DNA from: an uncultured Gammaproteobacteria bacterium
Lineage (GTDB): Bacteria > Patescibacteriota > Patescibacteriia > Patescibacteriales > UBA12075
Assembly (NCBI GenBank): GCA_964459725.1
Contig: CAYWNT010000005.1
Location: 27,657 to 91,656 of the forward strand
DNA length: 64,000 nucleotides
Direction of reading: 5' to 3'
Position 1 is the stretch's first letter. The number at the start of each line of letters is the position of its first letter. This document shows positions 28,121-35,467 of the stretch, in pieces. The notes below the pieces were generated by a model that did no database searches, was not told the DNA's origin, and was given only the letters and a program-made list of their open reading frames with translations. Both the position numbers and the translations under genes were made by a program.

Positions 28121-29293
28121 CTACTTAAGACCGTGGCAAGTCTTAAATACCTCACATTTTCTACAATTGCCAATTTTACTGGCAGCCGCTCCTTGTATTT
28201 TTCCACCACAAAATGTTCCATCCTTTACCCAGCACTTATGACCATCATCAGGATAAGCTGGACAAACGCCAAACTCAGCTACATTGACGCCTCCCTTTTG
28301 GCGACCGCATTTTTTCACTTCCCAACAATTAGGCAAATTGATATTATTCCGCTGTCCAAAAATTTGTAAATAAAGTTGCAAAACAAAATCAGTTGTCGTA
28401 GAAGCTTGCTTTCCTATGTCAGCTGCTATAGCAGCCAATTGATCAGATCGGTCGACATTGGCCTGAGTTACTCCGCCAAGACTGGAAATTACCTGACTTA
28501 CTTCTCCTATACTGATTGATTGCTCATTTGTGGCATTGGCGATTTCATCAACCAAATTCATTACTTCCATCTGGTCATTTTTCACATTCTCAAAAACCGA
28601 CTCTGTGTCAACTACTATACCAAATGATTCTTCTATTCCATTCGTGATGCCTTCAATTGAAACCGAAGTCTCTTTTGCAGCTTCTGTCGCACGCAAAGCC
28701 AAATTTCTCACCTCATCTGCCACAACAGAAAATCCCATACCTGCTTTTCCTGCTCGGGCAGCCTCTACCGCAGCGTTTAAAGCAAGCAGATTTGTCTGAA
28801 AGGCTATCCCGTCAATTATCTTTACAATTTTGCTTGCTTCTTCACTAACCCTCCTGATGTCCGTCATTTTATTTTTCACTCCGGTTGTTAAGTCAGAAGC
28901 ATTGGTAATCATGTTGCTAAAATCTCTCACCAAAATATTCATCTCTTTGGAGTTTTCAGCATTCTTCTTAGTAGTCGAGGAAGTTTCCTCCAGAGATACC
29001 GAGCTCTCCTCCAAGGCTACCGCCTGAGATGAAGTATCCCTGGCCAATGACTTACTGGCTGACAACATATTCTGAGACGTAACATCAAACTCTCCTGCTC
29101 TATCGACTAAGGCATCGACAACCACACTAAGCTTTCCAACAATGCCCCGAGACAAAAGCTCTGATACTCCAATCGCCACCAAAACTGCTAACAACGCAGC
29201 ATAAGGCAAAGGCAAAAACTCATTAACAACAAAAACAATCAAACCGCAAAGAAAAAAACAAACATATATTTTTTTACGTATCCCAAACTTCAT
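28121..29293 (-). CDS. Methyl-accepting chemotaxis protein signalling domain with C-terminal Cys-rich (two-CW-like) domain
   Basis: 2 TM; [37 protein letters not shown]; C-terminus [42 protein letters not shown]. Confidence 0.85.
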   Translation of the reverse strand: MKFGIRKKIYVCFFLCGLIVFVVNEFLPLPYAALLAVLVAIGVSELLSRGIVGKLSVVVDALVDRAGEFDVTSQNMLSASKSLARDTSSQAVALEESSVSLEETSSTTKKNAENSKEMNILVRDFSNMITNASDLTTGVKNKMTDIRRVSEEASKIVKIIDGIAFQTNLLALNAAVEAARAGKAGMGFSVVADEVRNLALRATEAAKETSVSIEGITNGIEESFGIVVDTESVFENVKNDQMEVMNLVDEIANATNEQSISIGEVSQVISSLGGVTQANVDRSDQLAAIAADIGKQASTTTDFVLQLYLQIFGQRNNINLPNCWEVKKCGRQKGGVNVAEFGVCPAYPDDGHKCWVKDGTFCGGKIQGAAASKIGNCRKCEVFKTCHGLK

Positions 29294-29569
29294 TATCTCC
29301 TCCTTATGTCTCCCCTTACAGTTGGCAAGGTAAATTTGTTAATGCAAAGTCATAAAAATCAAAAGAACAAATAATATCTTAACCATTCTTTGAAAAGCAA
29401 AAATATAACTAAATAATTACGTACAGCTTATCTTATTATTTCGTATTTTGCAAATTTGTTTGGCTATTTTAAAGAGTCTCTTTAAAAATTATTATTCAAG
29501 CGCATCTAAAAGTCATTAAATACTTTTATATCTTAATATTTTTATTTTGTTTATTGCCTATCCAGCCCC

Positions 29570-29597
29570 TTGATTTTTTATATTTTTCCGCTATACT
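29570..29597 (+). promoter_or_regulatory. Sigma70-type promoter upstream of RT non-coding region
   Basis: TTGATT (29570-75) - 16 nt - TATACT (29592-97). Confidence 0.5.
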
Positions 29598-29603
29598 AGT
29601 AGC

Positions 29604-29801
29604 AAGGCTGCCTTTTTACTGCCTTTTGTGTTTTTTGCAAAGGGTAAAAAAAGGGTCATCTGTGATCGGATGGCTCATTCATTGTAAACTGCAACTTCTG
29701 CCAAGTCCTGCACAATCGATTTATGCTGTAACTACGCAGGCTCTGACAAACGCTGTTGGCAGTTTCACAATCCTGAGACTTTGAAATCGTCGTAGCACCT
29801 T
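29604..29801 (+). ncRNA. Candidate retron msr/msd-like structured non-coding RNA (boundaries uncertain)
   Basis: G+C-richer than flanks by eye; hairpins 29653-29676 and 29698-29762; possible end pairing 29604-11 with 29795-801; directly upstream of a retron-type RT. Confidence 0.4.
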
Positions 29802-29969
29802 ATTTTATTATTATTATGATGATTATTAAAAAGTTTCACAACTTAAGTTTTCTGGGATGTTTTATGATCAAAATTATCTAATAAAATTGCCCAAGAAGAC
29901 TGCAACCGCTCTTTCAGGTGGGAGAACTTGAACTTTTCCTATTTACGAGCGGGAGGAGCCTTAACTTGT

Positions 29970-30004
29970 GGGAGGTGTGTTTTATCCACCTCCCTCTTTC
30001 TTTT
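29970..30004 (+). terminator. Terminator/attenuator-like hairpin 25 nt upstream of RT start
   Basis: GGGAGGTG (29970-77) / CACCTCCC (29987-94), 9-nt loop, then TCTTTCTTTT. Confidence 0.5.
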
Positions 30005-30028
30005 ACAACTAAATACGAGGAGGAAGAA

Positions 30029-31066
30029 ATGGTCAGTGAAGATATTCTTCAGAAATACTACTACATTTTTAAAGAATATTTCTCTGTTCCTCCCGCATAT
30101 TTTGACGGACTCTACTATACAATTTGTTCTAAAGAAGAATTGTATAGAAAAAGTAGAGAGCCCAAAAAAAACGGAGGATTCAGAGAAATACACGCACCCT
30201 GCGAAGCATTAAAATTGATCCAAAGAAAATTGCATAAGTATTTTAGTACAATTGAAATTGATGATAATCTTTTTGCCTACAGAGAAGGTGGGTCACCGAT
30301 AAAAAATGCAATTAGCCACGTAAAGGACAACAAGGGGCCGGAGTGGATGCTGAAAATGGATTTGAAAAATGCATTTCCTTCTGTAGACGCCCCCCTGCTT
30401 CAGATTGTACTACGAGCAATTCTCATTGAGAACGATAAGCTCCAAGAAGAGTTTGATTCATTTATTGGATTTGATCGCAATTTTGACGAATTTATTAAAA
30501 TTCTCATCTCTCTTGTAACTCACAACGAACGTCTAACCCAGGGAGCTCCATCATCCCCATCCTTGCTCAATCTTTCCTTGACCTATCTTGGTATAATTTC
30601 CGAGATAAAATCATTGTGCCAAAAACACGGTGTTAATTTTTCTGTCTACTCTGATGATTTTGTCTTTACATCAAATACAAAAATTTCAAAAAATTTCAGA
30701 AAAGACATTACAGTGATAATAGAGGGAATGGGATTTTTTGAAGTAAACCCAGAAAAAACCATGCTGAGCAATTTCCGTCATAGAGCGCATAAAATAACCG
30801 GAGTAGTTCTCACAGTAAATCCAATTGGAAATATAAGATTCACCCTTCCTCAAAAAACAATAAAAACTTACAGGGGAAAAATCAACAGGGTAATTAAGAT
30901 GTTGTCTGAGGGGAAATACCCAACCAAAAAAGAAGACGGAATATCAGTCAACGAAATCAAAGGAGAAATTAACTGGCTGCGAAGTGTCTGCGGAGATAAT
31001 CTTCCTTCAGCCGTAAGAAAACTTGTTTTCAAATTCGAAAACATACTACGGGACACAAGTCCTTAA
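30029..31066 (+). CDS. Retron-type reverse transcriptase (RT domain only, 345 aa)
   Basis: GAGGAGG SD 5 nt before ATG 30029; GGFREIHAP, NAISH (NAxxH), MDLKNAFPSV, LTQGAPSSPSLLNL, YSDDFVF, HKITGVVL motifs in canonical order. Confidence 0.85.
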   Translation: MVSEDILQKYYYIFKEYFSVPPAYFDGLYYTICSKEELYRKSREPKKNGGFREIHAPCEALKLIQRKLHKYFSTIEIDDNLFAYREGGSPIKNAISHVKDNKGPEWMLKMDLKNAFPSVDAPLLQIVLRAILIENDKLQEEFDSFIGFDRNFDEFIKILISLVTHNERLTQGAPSSPSLLNLSLTYLGIISEIKSLCQKHGVNFSVYSDDFVFTSNTKISKNFRKDITVIIEGMGFFEVNPEKTMLSNFRHRAHKITGVVLTVNPIGNIRFTLPQKTIKTYRGKINRVIKMLSEGKYPTKKEDGISVNEIKGEINWLRSVCGDNLPSAVRKLVFKFENILRDTSP

Positions 31067-31090
31067 ACTAATTAAAACTTCACATTCATA

Positions 31091-31123
31091 CCCAATCGCA
31101 ATTACGCGGTTGGGTATTTTTTT
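31091..31123 (+). terminator. Rho-independent terminator of RT gene
   Basis: CCCAATCGC-AATTAC-GCGGTTGGG then TATTTTTTT. Confidence 0.75.
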
Positions 31124-31132
31124 ATAAAAAAA

Positions 31133-31175
31133 CAGGGTTAATCATGTTTCACTTGTGTGAAAATGATTAACCCTG
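31133..31175 (-). terminator. Long hairpin terminator of the convergent 60-aa ORF
   Basis: CAGGGTTAATCATGTTTCAC-TTGT-GTGAAAATGATTAACCCTG (about 19 bp, one bulge); U-tract on minus strand at 31121-31132. Confidence 0.7.
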
Positions 31176-31209
31176 GCTTGGCTCAGCAAATGCTTATTCT
31201 CCGAATAGT

Positions 31210-31392
31210 TTAAGCAATAGCTGTTGCGCCGGTCGCCTCAAGGGGGACAAAAGATTCACCGTAACATGGCTCGACAGGAATCACCTGGGCAGCATCATCG
31301 GCTGTATCATGGCAGAGTACCTTACATTCATCGGTAGGATTGGCTTTCAGTCGGCGGCGGTGATCATGTTTTCTTCCAGTTGGAACGGTCAT
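31210..31392 (-). CDS. G+C-rich small ORF (60 aa, hypothetical)
   Basis: AGGAGG SD 7 nt before ATG; MTVPTGRKHDHRRRLKANPTDECKVLCHDTADDAAQVIPVEPCYGESFVPLEATGATAIA; own promoter candidate TTGACT-16-TAAAAT (31523-31496, minus strand) and terminator. Confidence 0.55.
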   Translation of the reverse strand: MTVPTGRKHDHRRRLKANPTDECKVLCHDTADDAAQVIPVEPCYGESFVPLEATGATAIA

Positions 31393-31689
31393 GGCAATAC
31401 CTCCTAGGCATTTTTTGCGCTCTTATGCTATCCAAGTGCATAGATGCGCTTCTCCAATTGTTCAGAGCTTAGCTCTGAAAACCTTATTTAATTATATTTT
31501 AACAAATTCTTAATTTAAGTCAAGAAAAAATAAAAAAAATTTAAATTAATAATAAATTCTTTATTATTAGCGAATATTCTCACATTTAATTCAAACAAAA
31601 AATAACAACACTTGCCTTATCTCCAACTTTTTAAAACTTTTCCACAGCCAAAGATTACCCAAAAATTTCGTAGGTCTCTTGCTTTATTT

Positions 31690-31733
31690 AATTAATAGTA
31701 CTTTTAATAGTACTATTAAAAGTACTATTAATT
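31690..31733. promoter_or_regulatory. Perfect 44-bp palindrome with three AGTACT cores (candidate operator)
   Basis: Checked base by base: 31690-31733 is self-complementary; AGTACT at 31697, 31709, 31721 (12-bp spacing); 116 nt upstream of the HD-domain gene. Confidence 0.6.
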
Positions 31734-31848
31734 TTCAAATCTACAATCAACTCCCACCAATTAAATCATCTCCACTTCTCCAAACTCTACTCACTTAAAA
31801 AATTATTTTAGCTTTACAAATCTACAAATATACAGTAAAATAACATCA

Positions 31849-32736
31849 ATGAATAAAAATCAACTCGAAAAAAAATTATATAAAATTGCAGAGTCTCTTA
31901 GTGCGAAAGACAAGAAAATCTTATTAAAAGCCTATGAGCTTGCCGAAAAAGTTCATAAACACCAAAAAAGAAAATCCGGCGCCCCTTTTATTGTCCACCC
32001 ACTAGCAGTAGCCATTAATCTTTGGGAACAATTTAAAGATGTAGATCTTACTATAGCAGGACTCCTCCACGACACCATTGAGGATGGAGGGAAAGCTTAT
32101 GAAAAGGAAATATACGAAAACTTTGGAAAAGAAATCGGCTTCATGGTTGACGCCCTAAACAAAAGATCGAAAGGATTTTATAAAAAAAGAAAGAAATTTA
32201 CAGATAGGACAAAGAGGTTTTTATGGGCCGGCCTTCAGAACCCCTACATATTTCTATTAAAAATTGCTGACAGAGAACAAAATTTATTAGACGTTGAAAA
32301 CCTCCCCTCTAACAAACAAGTGAGGATCTCATTTGAAACTCAGGCCATCTATGAACCACTAAGAAAAATTCTGAATTATGAAGAATGCAATGATACTAAT
32401 ATAGTTAAATTGAAAAAAGATTTAAACAAATTTATCAAATCTCATAACCTAAAAGACATTAAAGCTCTAAAAAATTATTTAATAAGCGAATACTACAAAG
32501 GATTCACCACGGAAACATTTAACGAGGTATATAAAAATTCAGATAAAATAATTTGGGAAACAAATGATATGGATGAGTTTGCCAAGCTATGTAAAAATAA
32601 ACAATTTGATGAAAGTGTGACAATTGTATCTATGCAAAGCGAAGAATCAAAAAGATCAGTCTTATTTCACTTTAAACTAGCACATGTTGGAGATAAAAAA
32701 ATCAAAGAATTAAAAATAAAATCATTTAAATCATAA
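31849..32736 (+). CDS. HD-domain (p)ppGpp hydrolase-like protein (RelA/SpoT hydrolase domain, SAH-like) with unknown C-terminal extension
   Basis: HKHQKRKSGAPFIVHPLAVA..AGLLHDTIEDG..FLLKIADREQNL..ETQAIYEPL follows the RSH hydrolase-domain pattern. Confidence 0.75.
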   Translation: MNKNQLEKKLYKIAESLSAKDKKILLKAYELAEKVHKHQKRKSGAPFIVHPLAVAINLWEQFKDVDLTIAGLLHDTIEDGGKAYEKEIYENFGKEIGFMVDALNKRSKGFYKKRKKFTDRTKRFLWAGLQNPYIFLLKIADREQNLLDVENLPSNKQVRISFETQAIYEPLRKILNYEECNDTNIVKLKKDLNKFIKSHNLKDIKALKNYLISEYYKGFTTETFNEVYKNSDKIIWETNDMDEFAKLCKNKQFDESVTIVSMQSEESKRSVLFHFKLAHVGDKKIKELKIKSFKS

Positions 32737-32738
32737 AT

Positions 32739-33704
32739 ATGAAAAGTTTTCATAGCACAATCACAGATCAGGAGCTGGACGCTGAATTTAAAAGCAATTT
32801 AGAACACCGCTCTTTAGAACAAAAATTTTCGTATATAAAAGAAAGTGCAGCGGCTTATTATAATAAAAAACATCTTAAATCGGCTTATATGAGCAAGCCA
32901 AGTCAAACGCTGCAATTCAACGATTATCTACAATTCGTCAAAAAAACAGTATCCCCTTCTGAAAAAACTGTTATTATAGTCTTGGGTTGCGGAAATATGA
33001 ATCAGGAAATAAAAATTTTAAAAAAACTGGGGGGAAAATACAATATAGATTTAATTGGAGTTGATTCATCAAAAGCAATGCTAGATCTTGCCCGCAAAAC
33101 TCTGAAAAAAAATAATATAAAACAGATTTTAATGCACTCTGACTTTACCAAACAAGAATTCAGAAAAAGCATTGAAAAAATGACTAAAAATTATCAAAAA
33201 AGAATTTTTTCATTTACTGGTGGCACTCTCACCAATGTAAACCAAACCGCGATTGCAGACTCTCTCTACAATCTACTTAATAAAAAAGATATACTTTGGG
33301 TTGATACAGTTTTAAGAAAAAGTTTAAAAAAAACTGATGATATTAAAAATTTTAATGCTATTTATTCCCTAACAAAAAATCCAGCTAGGGTAAATTTTTG
33401 GACACTTCCTTTAAAAAGAGCTGGAATACCCTTGGATGCTGGCAGTTTAACAATGAATACATCAGAAGAGTCATCTGTTGGTGTTATGAAATTTACCATA
33501 TCCTTTAAATTTAAAAAATTAGTAAAGATAAAATATAAAAATGAAGTTATTCATTTTTCAAAAAATGACACTATTGACTTACGACATTTTCGCTTATATC
33601 ACGCTCCTACATTTATTATTTTTTTTAAAGACCACGGGTTTAAATTGCTAGATAAGCATCTAGCTGTAAAAATGGGACAATTTATGTTTAAAAAAATGAC
33701 TTAA
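32739..33704 (+). CDS. SAM-dependent methyltransferase, EgtD-like (Methyltransf_33-like) architecture
   Basis: Motif I VIIVLGCGN; FTGGTLTNV and ILWVDTVL parallel EgtD FLGSTIGNL / LLLGTDL (recollection); 3-nt gap to upstream HD gene. Confidence 0.55.
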   Translation: MKSFHSTITDQELDAEFKSNLEHRSLEQKFSYIKESAAAYYNKKHLKSAYMSKPSQTLQFNDYLQFVKKTVSPSEKTVIIVLGCGNMNQEIKILKKLGGKYNIDLIGVDSSKAMLDLARKTLKKNNIKQILMHSDFTKQEFRKSIEKMTKNYQKRIFSFTGGTLTNVNQTAIADSLYNLLNKKDILWVDTVLRKSLKKTDDIKNFNAIYSLTKNPARVNFWTLPLKRAGIPLDAGSLTMNTSEESSVGVMKFTISFKFKKLVKIKYKNEVIHFSKNDTIDLRHFRLYHAPTFIIFFKDHGFKLLDKHLAVKMGQFMFKKMT

Positions 33705-33993
33705 TTTTTCTCAACTTCCCTTTTTCTATTTTTACCCCTTCTTTTTTAAGGAGTTCAATCTTCTTCTTGGTCCCACCGGTATATCCCCCAACTCCATGAT
33801 CACTTTTAACAACTCGATGACAAGGAATCTTTATAAGTTCCTTGTTTTTATTTAAGGCATTGCCAACCGCCCTTGCCGCACTCGGATTACCGATCGCGAT
33901 TGCGACATCTTTATAAGTCATTACACTGCCTTTAGGAATTCTCTTCACCACCTCAAATACTTTTTCCTGAAAATTTAATTTCTTATTTTTCAT
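33688..33993 (-). CDS. ogt: Methylated-DNA--protein-cysteine methyltransferase (MGMT, single domain)
   Basis: IPCHRVV active-site motif; 101 aa. Confidence 0.85.
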   Translation of the reverse strand: MKNKKLNFQEKVFEVVKRIPKGSVMTYKDVAIAIGNPSAARAVGNALNKNKELIKIPCHRVVKSDHGVGGYTGGTKKKIELLKKEGVKIEKGKLRKIKSFF

Positions 33994-34058
33994 AAACTCT
34001 GCAAATATAACTTTTTTATCTGTTGTAAACTGTTTAAATTATCCAACAGGTTAAAATA

Positions 34059-34085
34059 AAACTCGAGCTTTAAAAAGTCGAGTTT
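34059..34085 (-). terminator. Hairpin downstream of Nudix genes
   Basis: AAACTCGA-11 nt-TCGAGTTT; moderately U-rich tail on minus strand. Confidence 0.4.
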
Positions 34086-34185
34086 TATGTGTATTTTATG
34101 CAATTTTATATATCTATATCATTTTGTTTCGACCAAACAACACCATTCTTCCCCTTCTGTACTTGCTCTGAATTTCCGGCAGAAG

Positions 34186-34569
34186 TCATCCATAAGATGC
34201 CATAATAAACAAAATAAATGAACTTCTGCCTATTTCCGGTTCGCCAAGACTTATATCTCCCACAAAATTATTTACTACAAATATGTGTTCAGTTCTGTTG
34301 CTTTCTTTATTGTCGTATTCACAAAGTTTTTTATCAATTTCTACACTCAGTCCAGCCTCTTCTTTGATTTCCCTTGTTAATGCCTGCTCTGCAGATTCGC
34401 CATCCTCAACTCCCCCGCCCGGCAATACATAATACTCACGATTATCTTTAATGCGATGCATGAGCAGGATTTTATCATTCTTTATAATAACAGCCGATGC
34501 TCTATCTTTTTTAAAATCCATATTCAATATATGTTTCATTATTAAACTTCGCTTTAATACCAGCTTCAA
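34186..34569 (-). CDS. Nudix hydrolase
   Basis: Nudix box GGGVEDGESAEQALTREIKEEAGL; true start probably MKHIL/MDFKK (34539/34521); C-terminal 15 aa look atypical. Confidence 0.75.
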   Translation of the reverse strand: MKLVLKRSLIMKHILNMDFKKDRASAVIIKNDKILLMHRIKDNREYYVLPGGGVEDGESAEQALTREIKEEAGLSVEIDKKLCEYDNKESNRTEHIFVVNNFVGDISLGEPEIGRSSFILFIMASYG

Positions 34570-34942
34570 CTTGTGGAATAATATTTTTTGGTAATTCGTT
34601 TGTCTTATGCCATTTTATCTCTCCGCATTTATGCGGTTCATTGTTCTTCGGTTCACCCTCCCATTTTTCACAAACAAAAAATAAATGCATCCGCTCACCT
34701 TGATCATCCTGATTATGCATTACTAGTGGACTACTTAAATCTTCTAATTTTACATCAACATCGACTTCTTCTTTCGTCTCACGAATTATAGCACCTGTAG
34801 CTGCTTCACCTGCCTCAACTCTACCGGCAGGCAATGACCACTTGTCACTATTAAAAGAAGTGTTCTTTCTGTATAGTAAAAGAATTTCATCTTGTTTTTT
34901 TAGAATCGCAAATACTGCAATTGGGATTAATGCATTTGGCAT
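34511..34942 (-). CDS. Nudix hydrolase
   Basis: Nudix box GRVEAGEAATGAIIRETKEEVDV. Confidence 0.8.
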   Translation of the reverse strand: MPNALIPIAVFAILKKQDEILLLYRKNTSFNSDKWSLPAGRVEAGEAATGAIIRETKEEVDVDVKLEDLSSPLVMHNQDDQGERMHLFFVCEKWEGEPKNNEPHKCGEIKWHKTNELPKNIIPQVEAGIKAKFNNETYIEYGF

Positions 34943-34961
34943 AAAATTTCATTAAAATGCT

Positions 34962-35447
34962 TTATATGGATTTAAAGCCTCTTCTCTTCTTTCTGGCTTC
35001 CAGCTCTTTATCACGCTTTGAATCTTTTTCCTTTTTAATATTAACAGCGTCGTGCCATTTTTCCTTAGCCAATTCTGTCAATCTCCCTCTTCCCAATGTC
35101 TGCCTACCTGCCCACTCCCAATCTTTTTCACTTGCTTCAAATTCCTCAAGCTTCTTAAATACTTCTTCAGCCAACTCTGGATTTCTTATTTTGTTATCCC
35201 CTTCCTCCCAAGCCTCACCGGAGGCCGCAATAAAAACATTGACCCATTCATTGAATTTGGTTGCTGACTCAGCCATGAGATTCATTAGATCAAGCTGTTC
35301 TTGGTCAGTAAGGTTATCAGTGTTGTAATATATTCGATTATGCTTAAAAAAATCTCCTCCCATCTGATCTAGCTTATCAATATCTTTCCCCCTTGGCTTT
35401 TCCTTTGAAAAACCGCCTTCAAATAATTTTGTGATTTTATTTTCCAT
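34962..35447 (-). CDS. Hypothetical protein
   Basis: Start at MENKITKLFEGG; charged, W-rich; no family recognised. Confidence 0.5.
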   Translation of the reverse strand: MENKITKLFEGGFSKEKPRGKDIDKLDQMGGDFFKHNRIYYNTDNLTDQEQLDLMNLMAESATKFNEWVNVFIAASGEAWEEGDNKIRNPELAEEVFKKLEEFEASEKDWEWAGRQTLGRGRLTELAKEKWHDAVNIKKEKDSKRDKELEARKKRRGFKSI

Positions 35448-35467
35448 ATTTTTATAGTTTAAATATT

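Noticed and set aside
29554-29784. 76-aa plus-strand ORF (MPIQPLDFLYFSAIL...) upstream of the RT, a possible small membrane effector
   Set aside because: It has a TTG start with no SD and no internal ATG. It spans the predicted promoter and the hairpin-rich region, so the open frame more likely reflects the local G+C-richer non-coding RNA. It is kept only as a note in the ncRNA finding.
29918-30028. N-terminal extension of the RT from GTG 29918 (MGELELFLFTSGRSLNLWEV...)
   Set aside because: The extension overlaps the GGGAGGTG/CACCTCCC hairpin, is not RT-like, and a consensus GAGGAGG SD precedes ATG 30029.
29570-31175. RT as a group II intron maturase or a diversity-generating retroelement
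   Set aside because: There is no X/maturase or endonuclease domain and no domain V-like RNA. I could find no template/variable repeat pair, and the NAxxH and xTG motifs point to retron-type RTs.
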